Position numbers and translations under genes: made by a program | Shown here: one piece after another, positions 10,388-21,687 of the stretch | Layout of the letters: the number at the start of each line of letters is the position of its first letter | Numbering within the stretch: the first letter of the stretch is position 1 | Notes under the pieces: model-generated | What the model was told of the DNA's origin: nothing | Seen by the model: the letters and a program-made list of their open reading frames with translations, nothing else | The model's database searches: none | NCBI GenBank assembly: GCA_963706575.1 | Contig: CAVPNL010000003.1 | Location: forward strand, 1-64,000 | DNA: 64,000 nt | Source of the DNA: an uncultured delta proteobacterium | GTDB lineage: Bacteria; Desulfobacterota; Desulfobacteria; Desulfobacterales; JAHEIW01 | Direction of reading: 5' to 3'

Positions 10388-11234
10388 TTAAACTGTAATT
10401 TTGCCTTTGTTACATAGTCTTTTTTTTGTTTCTTTAACTTTTAAATCAATCATGTACTCATAAATCATTCTTAAAATACAAAATGTTATACCGGCTCCAC
10501 CATCAAGAAATCCTCTTTTTACGAATAATAAGCTTAAAAACATTAATATAGGTCGGCCAGGGAGTTTATACATAACTTGTTTAATTGCTTTACGGCGATT
10601 AAGCGGATCATCACTAAACAAATCTTTAAATTTCAAAGGATAATTTCCGGCATTGGCAAGGGCATCTGCTTCCATAGAAGAGTAGCGATTATGTTTTTCA
10701 AACCAAGCATGGAATCCTTTATTGAATGGGTAGTGATATAAATGATTTTTTAAATAGCCTATTTTTTCAGATGTAATACAATGTTCATTTATTGAACCTT
10801 CGACAGCAGCATGACCCTTTTTTACCAAACGACCGTACCATGTCGGATATCCGCTGCTATGACGCAACCATTTATTCATGAAAAAATATTTTATACGTAA
10901 TCGATATAGAGAAATATCTAAACTATCTCTAATAATCGCCATGCTAATTTCATGAACCAACTCCGGTGGAACAATTTCATCTGCATCGACCATCAATATC
11001 CACGGATGCTTATATTCAATTTCACTTAATCCGTAATTTCTCTGATTGGCATAATTGTCAAATTTTCTTTGGAAGAATCTATGTTCCATACTTTTGTGCA
11101 ATTGTCTTTGTATTATCGATACTAAAACTATCCAATACAACAACATCATCGCACCAATTTAAAGACTCCAAACAGTTGGCTAAATTTATTTCTTCATTCA
11201 ATGTTAAAATAAGCACAGATGTATTTGCTTTCAT
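10388..11234 (-). CDS. Glycosyltransferase family 2 (WaaE/KdtX-like; one frameshift near 11085)
   Basis: The true N-terminus MKANTSVLILTLNEE...DSFSIDNT is in another frame and joins ...QRNYG, WILMVDADE and KHNRYS. Confidence 0.85.
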
Positions 11235-11259
11235 ATTTCCACTTACAGTTTTCAAACAA

Positions 11260-12321
11260 TCATATACCCAATATTTTTAAGAACTTTAAAATTACTTTTT
11301 CTGGACTGTGATTAGATTCTAAATAGGCTTTTCCATTGACACCCAAACGATTCCGAAGTTTCTCATTATTTGCTAAAATTGCAATTTTTTTGTGTAAAAT
11401 GTCCAGATTGTAAACGACGATGCCCAATTGATGCCTGGCAATGATACCATCAGGATCAATATCCAGGGAAAGTACCGGTTTCTTAAAATACCAGCTTTCC
11501 AGAAAAATATTCGGGAAACCTTCAAGTCTGGAAGTGCTCACCAAAAATAAGGATTTATAATAATATTTACCGATTTTATCCCTGGGACAAGAAGGAATAT
11601 AGATTAGATTTGCGGGGCCCATTTTTTCATCAATTCCGCCCGTCCCGTCCCCTTTAGAATAGATCATGACAAATAATAATTGGGGGTGCTGGATTGCGAT
11701 ATCCCTAAATATGTGCGGTCTCTTTCTGGAGGAATTCGAGCCAACCCATAAAATAAATGAATTTTTAAACGGATTTTTACGGTCTTCTAAAGGCAGATGA
11801 GAATAAATATTGGGCAAATGAAAAACTTTAACTTTTGTTAATTTTTTGAATGCTTCTTGCTGATGAATCGTCTGTGCGAAGATTCCGCTTACAAGTTTAA
11901 GTCCTACTTTGTATAATACCTGGGCGAGGAAAGGTTCATTTTTTATCAATTTTGTATCAACATCTTTATCGATTGCAGCATAAAAGAAAAATTGCTTTTT
12001 ACTCAGATTACTTATAATTGATAGAAGAAATATAAGATGGCGCGGATGTTTTAAAATAATCACATCCGGTTTAATTTTTAGAATAAGCCTTACAAGGGTA
12101 AACCAGTCAAAAATAATATGGAAATTTGATCCCCCTAAATACTTAAATGGACAGGAAAAACATTGAATTTTTTTTCTGATAAATGAATTTTTTCCAATAT
12201 TCCGAAAATTCGAAATAATAGAAACTTTCTGACCTTGACGAGATAGTTGCCCTACAAAGTTTAAAAGCTGAGTCTCCGCCCCTCCAGCGACATCATCTTT
12301 TGAGTTAACAATTGAACCCAA
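11260..12321 (-). CDS. Glycosyltransferase family 4
   Basis: GGAETQ, ILWVG and EGFPNIFLESW motifs. The frame stays open further upstream (IKHICFINPS), so the start is uncertain. Confidence 0.88.
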   Translation of the reverse strand: MGSIVNSKDDVAGGAETQLLNFVGQLSRQGQKVSIISNFRNIGKNSFIRKKIQCFSCPFKYLGGSNFHIIFDWFTLVRLILKIKPDVIILKHPRHLIFLLSIISNLSKKQFFFYAAIDKDVDTKLIKNEPFLAQVLYKVGLKLVSGIFAQTIHQQEAFKKLTKVKVFHLPNIYSHLPLEDRKNPFKNSFILWVGSNSSRKRPHIFRDIAIQHPQLLFVMIYSKGDGTGGIDEKMGPANLIYIPSCPRDKIGKYYYKSLFLVSTSRLEGFPNIFLESWYFKKPVLSLDIDPDGIIARHQLGIVVYNLDILHKKIAILANNEKLRNRLGVNGKAYLESNHSPEKVILKFLKILGI

Positions 12322-12399
12322 AGAAGGATTAATAAAACAAATATGTTTGATTTTTCGTGAAATACTAAATTCTTTAATAAACGTTTTTTTAGATTAATT

Positions 12400-13446
12400 T
12401 TATTCCAAAATAGTATTGATGACTTTTGATATTGAAAGCTTTGAATATAAGACTGGAACTCCAATGCAATAGAATTCTCTAACATTATTTAGATTCTTAA
12501 TTAATATCGCTTCATATTGATCCCACAAATCGCTAAAAGGGCTTTGTGGCATTAAATATCCATATGAGTAAATGAATTTGCAAAATTGAATCCATTCAAG
12601 TTCCATATTAAACCGCATTTTTTTTACAGCTTCATTAATATCAATCAGAGTAATATTGTGTTTTTCTGGATCAAAACTCTCATTCGGCTCGATAAAGCAT
12701 AACTTTTTGATGTAACCGGAAGATTTAGTTCTGTTTCCAATAACAGTTTTGGGATTAATTTTTTTAAAGATCTTTATATATCCGCCAGTGAGTTGATATA
12801 TTATCTTTCGAAAATAAAGATCTAATTTTTGTTTATTCGAAAGCGATTTCTCAATTAATGGCACTCGATTATAATAAAAGATATTTAAAGGAGTTAAATA
12901 ACTAAAAGCTCTACTGTTATGAATAATAATATAATTATCACCTAAATATTTATAGCCGAGTTCTATAAGTGAAAGACTGATTGTTGTTTTGCCACCCCCA
13001 CTTGTACCAGGTAGCAAAATGACATTTCCCTTTTTTTCTAAACCGGCGGCATGAATTGTTGAATAGTTTTGCTGAAGCAATTTGTATTGAATGAAAAATT
13101 CAATAAAATTAAGCGGTTTTCTGACAGATCCAGCGATATTTGTTTGAATTTTAATTTTTGGATTGCTTTCTAAATCAAATATTTCAATTTTCCATTTTGA
13201 AAATTTTTTACTGTCAGCAAAAATTAATAAATTCCTTTTTATATGATAATTGTCGTCAAGTATCTTGCATCCATTTCGGCTTGATTTAAATGGTCCAATT
13301 TCTATCTTAAAGTCAACCTCGCTAATTTCAGGTTCAACTTCAAAATTTTCGAATGTAATATCTGTTGCATCTACCAGCTTTTTCAAAAAATTATTATTAT
13401 TTTGAATACTGAAACTAATAAGATTATGTATTTGATAGTATTTCAT
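12400..13446 (-). CDS. HPr-kinase-related P-loop protein (paralog 1)
   Basis: IHAAG...LPGTSGGGKTT...YLGDN, the HprK C-terminal-like arrangement. Confidence 0.65.
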   Translation of the reverse strand: MKYYQIHNLISFSIQNNNNFLKKLVDATDITFENFEVEPEISEVDFKIEIGPFKSSRNGCKILDDNYHIKRNLLIFADSKKFSKWKIEIFDLESNPKIKIQTNIAGSVRKPLNFIEFFIQYKLLQQNYSTIHAAGLEKKGNVILLPGTSGGGKTTISLSLIELGYKYLGDNYIIIHNSRAFSYLTPLNIFYYNRVPLIEKSLSNKQKLDLYFRKIIYQLTGGYIKIFKKINPKTVIGNRTKSSGYIKKLCFIEPNESFDPEKHNITLIDINEAVKKMRFNMELEWIQFCKFIYSYGYLMPQSPFSDLWDQYEAILIKNLNNVREFYCIGVPVLYSKLSISKVINTILE

Positions 13447-13461
13447 ATTGATGATATTTGT

Positions 13462-14541
13462 TCACTTTTGTATTACACTTAAAACATCATTATAAATTTT
13501 ACTATCATATTTAAAAGGGATGTATACTTCCAGGTATTCATTTTCATCCAAACTTTGTGATAAAGTTCTTTCATAATCAGACCAATATGTGGCTATTTTA
13601 CTAAAAGGAAACTTAAATGCATATGCAGCAAAATATTCATACATAACCCCTGAAGACATATTCATAATACCCGGCACAGAAATATTTTCGAGCTGTTGGC
13701 TTAATCTCATTTTTGTAATAAGATCATTTTTTGTAATACTGTTGTGACCTATAATATTTTTTCTGTGTTTCACTATCGATAAAATATTCCATAATTTTGA
13801 TACATCATTTATATAATACTTATTAAAATTCTCCTTTGGATTGTAAAAAATGTAATTAAATTTGCTGAAAAGAGAAAATTCTTCTGTTTTCATTTTGTTT
13901 AGTCTGTAATCGAATAGTTTATGATATATCGGATATGCGAAAACCTGCTTGTCTCTTCCGAGTAGTAATCTGTCCTCACCAATAAATCGACAGCCAGCCT
14001 TTCTTACCAAATCCATAGCTAAAGTGGTCTTAAATGCACCACCTCTTCCGGTCATAATAATTGCGCCATTTTCATTTGCGACACCAGCAGCATGGAGGGA
14101 AATAATATTTTTTTGTAACAGTTTGAAATCAATTAACGGCCTAAGAATTAGGTTTTGAGCCATTAAAAGAGGAAATAATTTGTGTGTCATTTTTTTAGTA
14201 TCGACACTAAAATTAATTATCGTTGGATAATGTTCAAGCCCTATAATTTCGCAATGAATTTTAACTTTATCAATTATCTCTGAACAAAAAATATAATTGT
14301 TTTTTATAAATATTTTATTATTGATTACATCACACCCAGTTTTATCGGGTGTGAATTTATTTATATTCAATATAATATCTGGATCTTTGATATTTTTATT
14401 TTCAAAATAAGATAATGGTTGGTTAATGTCTTTTAAAAATTCAAAAAAATACGGGCTAATAATCTGAAAACAAATTAAATTATGAACATCAAATTTTAAA
14501 CTTATCTGGTTGTTATTATAATGGGATTTGACCATTTTCAT
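13462..14541 (-). CDS. HPr-kinase-related P-loop protein (paralog 2)
   Basis: LHAAG...MTGRGGAFKTT...FIGED. The N-terminal HNLI motif is shared with paralog 1. Confidence 0.6.
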   Translation of the reverse strand: MKMVKSHYNNNQISLKFDVHNLICFQIISPYFFEFLKDINQPLSYFENKNIKDPDIILNINKFTPDKTGCDVINNKIFIKNNYIFCSEIIDKVKIHCEIIGLEHYPTIINFSVDTKKMTHKLFPLLMAQNLILRPLIDFKLLQKNIISLHAAGVANENGAIIMTGRGGAFKTTLAMDLVRKAGCRFIGEDRLLLGRDKQVFAYPIYHKLFDYRLNKMKTEEFSLFSKFNYIFYNPKENFNKYYINDVSKLWNILSIVKHRKNIIGHNSITKNDLITKMRLSQQLENISVPGIMNMSSGVMYEYFAAYAFKFPFSKIATYWSDYERTLSQSLDENEYLEVYIPFKYDSKIYNDVLSVIQK

Positions 14542-14552
14542 TTATCTATTTA

Positions 14553-15683
14553 TTAGGATATACAATCATTTATAATTTTAAGCGTTTTATTCAACATTTT
14601 TTCTTCAGTAAAATAATTTTCAAATTTAATTTTGGCTGAATTACCTAGTGTTTTTCTTAATTTTGGGTTCTTGGCCAAAGTCAATATTGCTTGAGCTAAT
14701 GCATCAGAATTTTTTTCTGGCACCACAAGTGCATTCACATTTGGTTCTATTGTTTCTAAATTATCTCCAACGGGAGTACAAATAATTGGCAGGTTTGCTC
14801 GCATTGCTTCCAAAAGGCCTATAGAATGAGCTTCTGCAAGAGAAGGCAAAATAAAGCCATCCAATCCCATTAACCATGTAGAAATATTGTTTCGGAATCC
14901 CAAAAAATGGAGTCGATTTTTTATGCCTAACAAGGCACATTGCTGTTTTAAAGAATCTTCAAGCGGGCCTGTCCCAAAAATCACAAATTGGATATCTTGG
15001 AAGTCGTTTAACACTTTGGGTACTGCTTCGATCAAATATTTTAATCCTTTTATTGGATGCAATCTTGAGGTTGTACCAAATATTAAATCTCGGTTTGAAA
15101 ATCCAACTCTATTAGAGTAAATCGATTTGTCGTGTTGAATTGACAAATTGTTTCGAATACCGTTGTGAATGGTATCAATTTTTTTTTGATTTACTCCTCG
15201 TTTAATCAATTCATTCCGGTATATATTTGAAACGGTAATAATTTGATTAGCTATATATTTTAAAAAAAAAATGCTATATTCATTTACTAAAAAACTTATA
15301 TATCGGCGCCAATAAGTGGGCGGAAGATATGGAGAATGATAGGTCGCTAGAATTGGAATTTTAACACCGAAAAGTCTACTAATTCCACCTATAATAAAAC
15401 CATTAAAATCGTGAACCATTAGAACATTGATTCGTTTTTCTTTGAGTAAACGTAATAATCTATTTAGCCATCGAAAATCAGCTCTATTTTTTATTAGTAT
15501 TTCAGTTGGTTGTATTTGTTTCCATAATTTTTGATGTACATTCCAGTTTGGCGCCCTAATGACAACCTGGAATATTTTTATATTTTCAAAATTATTCAAC
15601 TTATAAATCGATCCAAGGTAATGCGACACACCACCTCCAGGCAAAGACCAAGCAACACTTAGTATTTTAATATTTTTTCCCAT
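14553..15683 (-). CDS. Glycosyltransferase family 4
   Basis: IHNGI, SRLHPIKG and EAHSIGLLEAM motifs. Confidence 0.92.
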   Translation of the reverse strand: MGKNIKILSVAWSLPGGGVSHYLGSIYKLNNFENIKIFQVVIRAPNWNVHQKLWKQIQPTEILIKNRADFRWLNRLLRLLKEKRINVLMVHDFNGFIIGGISRLFGVKIPILATYHSPYLPPTYWRRYISFLVNEYSIFFLKYIANQIITVSNIYRNELIKRGVNQKKIDTIHNGIRNNLSIQHDKSIYSNRVGFSNRDLIFGTTSRLHPIKGLKYLIEAVPKVLNDFQDIQFVIFGTGPLEDSLKQQCALLGIKNRLHFLGFRNNISTWLMGLDGFILPSLAEAHSIGLLEAMRANLPIICTPVGDNLETIEPNVNALVVPEKNSDALAQAILTLAKNPKLRKTLGNSAKIKFENYFTEEKMLNKTLKIINDCIS

Positions 15684-16851
15684 ATGGTTTTATTAACTTT
15701 TTATACTGATATAGATATTCATTCGAAATTTTTATCCAATCATATTGTCTTGACATTTCAATAGAGTTCTCTCCTAAATAAACCCTTTTACGATCATTAT
15801 TTAAAACTTCAACTATTTTCTCTGATAAGGCACTCGGGCTCATTGGGGGTACTAAAAAGCCGTTTTTCTGATTGACAATTGCATCTTCATTACCAGGAAC
15901 ATTAGTTGCCACGATTGGCAATCCACATACCATAGCTTCGATAATTACCAGCGCAAACCCTTCAATCAAAGATGGGGATACGAAAACATCAGCTGATTTA
16001 TATGCTGACAGCAACGTATCATTAGGAATTTTATTCAAATCAATTATCGAAGCGTCATTTTTATTAAATGCTTGTTGCTCCAATATAATAACATCCGACT
16101 CTATGGACAATTCTTGTATTAATGGTTTCAGGGCACTTAATCTCTTTCCAATTAATAAAAATTTAACTTTTTCATACTTTTCTAAAATAGAAGGGATAGC
16201 TTTAATCAAATATTCATAACCTTTTTTTAAATCATAACGGCCTACTGCAAGCACGATTTTGATATCTTGTGATAATCCTAAAATTTCCCGGATATTTTGA
16301 TAAGGTTCATTAAATCTCTTAAAATCGACACCATTGGGAATATCAGCAATTCTCTCCTTTGGGATCCCAATTTTCAAATATTCCTTATTTGTCGAGGAGC
16401 CTATAGCGGTAACCAAATCTGCATTTTTAAGAGCATATTCTATTCTTTTGTTCCATTTTGGATCAAGCCTGAAACCATATCCAATTTCTTGGTATTTTTG
16501 AATATCTCTTCCGTGAGTTGTTATCACTATAGGTATTTTTAAAAGCTTTTTTATTTTTGTTGCATAGTATCCAATTTTAGCAACATGCACATGGATTAAA
16601 TCAAAGTTATATTTCCTTTTTAATAGAAATAGAGCTATCGCAAATGTATACCCTTGCGCAATTTCTTTTGGTGTTCTTGGATAATATTGGATATTATAGT
16701 TGGATTGAAAAGTGGTATTATCATTTTTTAAATGCGTAAAAACGTAAACATCTTCCCCGCTCATAGTTAGATGTTTGGAAAGATTGTGAACAACTAATTC
16801 TGCTCCTCCAATTGTGGGAAGAAAGGAATGGCTAACCATGCAAATTTTCAT
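15667..16851 (-). CDS. Glycosyltransferase family 4
   Basis: IGGAE, IPNGVD, AVGRYDLKKG and EGFALVIIEAM motifs. Confidence 0.92.
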   Translation of the reverse strand: MKICMVSHSFLPTIGGAELVVHNLSKHLTMSGEDVYVFTHLKNDNTTFQSNYNIQYYPRTPKEIAQGYTFAIALFLLKRKYNFDLIHVHVAKIGYYATKIKKLLKIPIVITTHGRDIQKYQEIGYGFRLDPKWNKRIEYALKNADLVTAIGSSTNKEYLKIGIPKERIADIPNGVDFKRFNEPYQNIREILGLSQDIKIVLAVGRYDLKKGYEYLIKAIPSILEKYEKVKFLLIGKRLSALKPLIQELSIESDVIILEQQAFNKNDASIIDLNKIPNDTLLSAYKSADVFVSPSLIEGFALVIIEAMVCGLPIVATNVPGNEDAIVNQKNGFLVPPMSPSALSEKIVEVLNNDRKRVYLGENSIEMSRQYDWIKISNEYLYQYKKLIKPYGKKY

Positions 16852-16882
16852 AGCAAAGCATTTCTTAAGAATACAACAATAG

Positions 16883-18138
16883 TTATTTCTCTATTACATT
16901 TGTAATATTGTGTTCTACAAAACCCAGTTTTAATATAAGTCCAGAAAATAAAAATAGAAAAAGGTAAGGACTATAAATATTTACGAAAAACATTGCTACC
17001 ATAAAGGAAGTTAAACCGGATAAATAAACATGATAGAAAGAAGTGTTTTCACTATTTTCAATTGATCTGAAATTAAAAACAGTTTTAGCTAAACGATAAA
17101 ATATTAGAATAAGAGAAAAAACCTGACGATACCGGTTGTGGTTAAGTATAATAAATATTCGTTATGAGAATTAAATCCGACCGACTGATATATTGTGTTC
17201 CATCCGGTACCAAATATAGGATTGCGCATAAATACTTCGATACATTTAGACCAGATTTCAATCCTTCCCGAGCTATACTCTGAACTGAAAATGCTTGAAC
17301 TTTCGGCTTTTTCAAAGATATTATATCTTAATCCTTCTTTCGTAATTTCGGGTAATATATTAATTGATATAATAATAAATACGACTAGGACAGAAAATAA
17401 TGTTATATTTTTTAATAAAATTTTATTTGTAATCTGTTTGGATTCTAAAATAAAATATACAACAATGCCAATTAAAAACGACAAAATTCCACCCCTTGAA
17501 CCGGTTAGGAATAAACAGTATAATCCTAAAAGTGTTATGCTAATCGTAATAATTTTGGGAAATAATTTCTTAAATTGAACAATATAATGAAAACAAAAAG
17601 GTAAAAATAAAACAATAAATGAAGCATATTGATTGGCCTCACTAAGAGCACCAGAGCTTCTGCCGTGTTTTAAAAATTGGATTCCACTGACTTCTAAAAT
17701 ATTAAAAGTTCCAAGAATTGTAATCAAATTTAATATGACAAAAAGACCAAGCAGTGAAAATAAAAGCGCTTTAATCACGACAATATCATGTATGAAATTG
17801 TAAATAATCAACAAAAGTATGAAGGCATCCATATAACTCTTAAACAAAATCATCTCTGCTGCTAAATTATAATCAGATATTATTTTATAATAGTAAGTAA
17901 ATAATAACGAAAAAAAGCAATATACTATAAATAAGATAATTGGGAGGTTAAGTTTATTCTTTCCGATTATCGGCTTTTTCGTAATTAAATTGAAGAAAAC
18001 CAGCCATACAAGCATAAAATAAATTGAAAGATTTTTTAGGCTTAATCCGGGTATATCGGTTATCTTCACTTCTAAGCTTGCCTCTAAAATTAGAGATATA
18101 AGGAAAAAACCGAATAAAGAAATGGAAATATAGTTCAT
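16883..18138 (-). CDS. O-antigen ligase / Wzy polymerase family (frameshift near 17110)
   Basis: Multi-TM protein with LTGSRGG, SGRIEIW, NPIFGTG and SHNEYL. The hydrophobic C-terminus continues in a shifted frame to TAA at 16883. Confidence 0.85.
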
Positions 18139-18347
18139 TTATTTTGCTCCTAAAATAGCTAAATGATACTGTAAATTATATGGGATTAGATAATTAATTG
18201 AAAAAATATATATTTCTACGACTAAGAGTTAAAAACGACTCATTCAATAGATTTTGAATATTTAGGAGAGTGTTATCTGATAGAGGCGAGTACTTTATAA
18301 GGAAGTAAATAATTCATAATACTATTAGTTTAATATTTTTTAAAATC

Positions 18348-19810
18348 TTATTTTTGAGGTTCTTCTACTTTTTTCGCACTTCTTAAAAATGGAGGATCCA
18401 ATCTTTTATGAAGTTCATTATCAAATTCCCTTGTAAGGCTAAAAATCCATTCTTCGAGATTACTGTATCCATTATTGTCATCATCTAAATTGTGATTTTG
18501 AGGCAAAGCTATTTTGCGATTAGCAACCTTGAGGATTGGCCATCCCCCAACATCGTTTTGGCTATCGATCCAGTTTCCAGTTGTGTCCTTGAAATCTTTC
18601 AAAATTCGGGTATCGACAGAATCACGATTATGTGGCCTGGCACCAACATTGTCGAGCAAGTATGCCTTTATGTTTTTACTGCTCATAATTTTTATTTTGG
18701 ATATCGGAACGGGTGAGTTGGAGCTAAAAAGTGACTTTTCGGATAGTCCTGTTAAGTTTCTTACAGATGCCATTGGATCATCGGGATTGTAATTTTTGCA
18801 GTAGTTATCATCAACAAAAAAACTGCTAAATCGGTGGATTGAATCTTTTTCGATTTCAATCGCCCAGTCCGCATATTTATGAGAGTTTTTTCCCGGGATC
18901 GCATAATTGCCAATAAGACTTCCCAAAATTGGGGCTTTTCCTGAATCCGACGGATGAATATTTTCAGCATATGCGTTGTAGATACCATTGTTAATCACAT
19001 GCACCGATGATCCGGGAGCTTATTAAAGGGTTTCTTCCCTGATTATGAACCAGAAGATTCCTAAGTATCGAAATATTCTGGCCTCTAACAAGCATTCCCA
19101 TCCCATGTCGGCCATTGCTATGCAAACTATAATTTAATGCTTCAGATATAAGTGTATTGCTTACCGTAGCGTTATATACCCTGTTACTATAAACATTGTC
19201 ATAAATCTGTATATTTTCATCAATTGACCAACTTACCGAACAATGATCGATGACAATATTATAAGTATCTCCATTGGGACCATCGTTGATGGCTATTCCA
19301 TCGCGGTTATCAGGCTTCACGCCGTCTTTGTCACCGGGACGAATTCTAAGATGCTGAATAATAACATCATGCGTCATTACGCTGAGTGTGCATCCCTTCA
19401 ATGTAATACCGGGTGAAGGTGCTGTTTGCCCGTAAATTGCAGTGTACGGGTGATCAACTCCAAGATAATCATTTATGGGAATCATCCCAGAAACTTCAAA
19501 TATCACTATCTTACCACGGTCGCCATCCGTCTTAATTTTCGGATTTGAAATTTATTAATGCCTTTAATGACCCTGTTTTAACTTTGGTTCCATTCCTTGT
19601 ACTATCTTGAGGTCCGATAATTTCGCCGGAAATAGTTGTGACGATACAAATTATCGGCTTATTCGGAGCTCCGTATGCTGCTCGGGTATCAGTACCAAAT
19701 CCTTGGGCATCTGGAAAAACGGGTAAAGCAAATGAAAATCCATGTGTACTAACGAGTAAAATTATTTCAAAAATCAATATATGTAGGAAGCGTTTTGCAG
19801 CAAATCTCAT
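18348..19810 (-). CDS. Secreted pectate-lyase (PL1)-family beta-helix protein (two frameshifts)
   Basis: Signal peptide followed by ALPVFPDAQGFG, VIFEVSG, IYGQTAPSPGI, IDHCSVSWSIDE, RNP, VGARP and DDDNNGYSNLEEW, spread over three ORFs. Confidence 0.85.
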
Positions 19811-19865
19811 ATGAAAATTTCCTTTTACCAAACCTTAAAACCCGAATTTACATCTGTATAATCTT

Positions 19866-19881
19866 AGCAATTTATATACCA
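19866..19881 (-). promoter_or_regulatory. Internal sigma-54 promoter in front of the lyase gene
   Basis: Minus strand reads TGGTATATAAATTGCT (GG-N10-GC), about 55 bp upstream of ATG 19810. Confidence 0.65.
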
Positions 19882-20050
19882 CATATATAAAATTCATTTT
19901 TACTTAATTTTTCGATAGCTTATGCGATTATCTGAAATAAGGCAGTCGAAATAAGCGTATACTTAATTGTACACAGTGTCCAAATCTTTAACCATTCGCA
20001 CCGATATATTACATAAAAACATGCATGCGCTTATATTTTTAGCCACTTTT

Positions 20051-20761
20051 TTAGTCGTCAAGATGATAAAAGATCAGTCCAAGATACTCTTTAACCGCCG
20101 CTGAAGTATGGATGAATGTTTTAGGCAAAAAGTCACTCATGTTGTAACATACATTATTTTTTGATCGTTCTGCAGCAGGGTATGGAATGACTTGAATCCC
20201 AACTTTGTCAAATGCCATTATTGCTCTTTTTAAATGATATTGAGATGTTACTAATATCGGGGTATTGAATCCGTATTTTTTTATAATCTTAGAAACTTGT
20301 TTTGCATTTTCGATTGTATTCCTGCTTTCAGCTTCAACGATAATTCGACTTTGCGAAACGCCAAGTTCAATTAGATATTTTTCATTGCTTTTTTGCGCGT
20401 AACAATTTTTGGGGCGCTTTCTTTCTCCGGAAATTATTACGGGTATATCAAGACTTCGTTGTAGTTTTGCAACTGCAAGCAATCTAGTGCGGCCTTCTAG
20501 AGTTTATCCTCCAGTCAAAAAAATAATTACATCTCCGCTTAAAGTCGTCTTTGGATTTAAATCCATTTCAAGCCCCATATATAAAAAGCTCGAAAAAAAT
20601 GTTGTTGAGAAAATCCATACAATTAAAGCTAACGCACAATTCATTAATCCAGCTCTAATATTTCGTTTAAAAAAATACCAACAACTGATAATGAATAAGG
20701 TTGATACAAAAATTCCTGGAGGCAATAAAAAAGATAAAATAATTTTTTTAAGTATTAACAC
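20051..20761 (-). pseudogene. YdcF/DUF218 (ElyC/SanA-like) protein interrupted by an in-frame TAA
   Basis: FLLPPG N-terminus; ESRNTIENA and LVTSQYHLKRA motifs. Both ORFs are in one frame, separated by TAA at 20504-20506. Confidence 0.65.
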
Positions 20762-20797
20762 TAATTGTTGTTTATTTTGAAATTTATTCCAGTGAAT

Positions 20798-21665
20798 TTA
20801 CTTTATTGCAACAATTCGTATGGGTAGAAAATTTTTATTTATAGGCAATTGAAAAATTGTTTTGCGTTTTCGATATCTGAAGATTGATAGAATAAGTTCA
20901 AGTAACAGAGACGAGATAAATTGAGATCTTAAAATAATTTCCTTTTATTCTTAAAAGGTATTGAATTTTTGAAAAGCCAATCTTTTTGAAAAGTTTATAC
21001 AGTTCAAAATTTGTATATTCTTTTAAATGAAGACCTTTCGGTGAATTATCAAAATATTTTGATATGTCTGACGGGCCCTTAAAGCGATGAGGAGTAATAC
21101 AAATATATTTACCACGTTTTCTAAGACAACGGTATATGCCGCACAGCTGAGTAATCGCATCTTCAGGATGCAGATGCTCGATAAGTTGGTAACTATAAGA
21201 AACGCTAATTGTATTTTCAGGAATATTTACACTGGATCCATCAGTAAGCAAAAGTCTAAAATTATGAGGAATCGATTTATTCTTGGTTATGACATCCGAT
21301 ACGTCAATTGCAAAGACTTTATTAACATATTTTGAGACTTCAAATGATAAAGAACAGTCACCAGGCCCAATTTCTAAAAAATTTGTATCCCTGTCTAAAA
21401 ATGAATTTAGCAGCTTTATTTGATCTTTTATATGTGCCTTTTTAAGTTTAATCTGATCTTTTCTCACAAGTTGTGAGTGGTAAGGAATTTTATTATATAA
21501 TTCATTGTATATATCTTTATATAGAACTTTTCTTTCATTTTTGTCTGCATTTTTAAGCTTATCTGCGAGATTTCTTTCAATCAAATAATGCTTTTTAATA
21601 AGCTCAAAATTTTCATCTTCAAGTTTATCTAAAAAATTTTTTATCATTCGAATTTTTTTATACAA
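20798..21665 (-). CDS. Class I SAM-dependent methyltransferase (C-terminal frameshift near 20900)
   Basis: FLEIGPGD, AIDVS and LIEHL motifs. Confidence 0.85.
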
Positions 21666-21687
21666 TTAGCGAAAAATTGATACCGAT

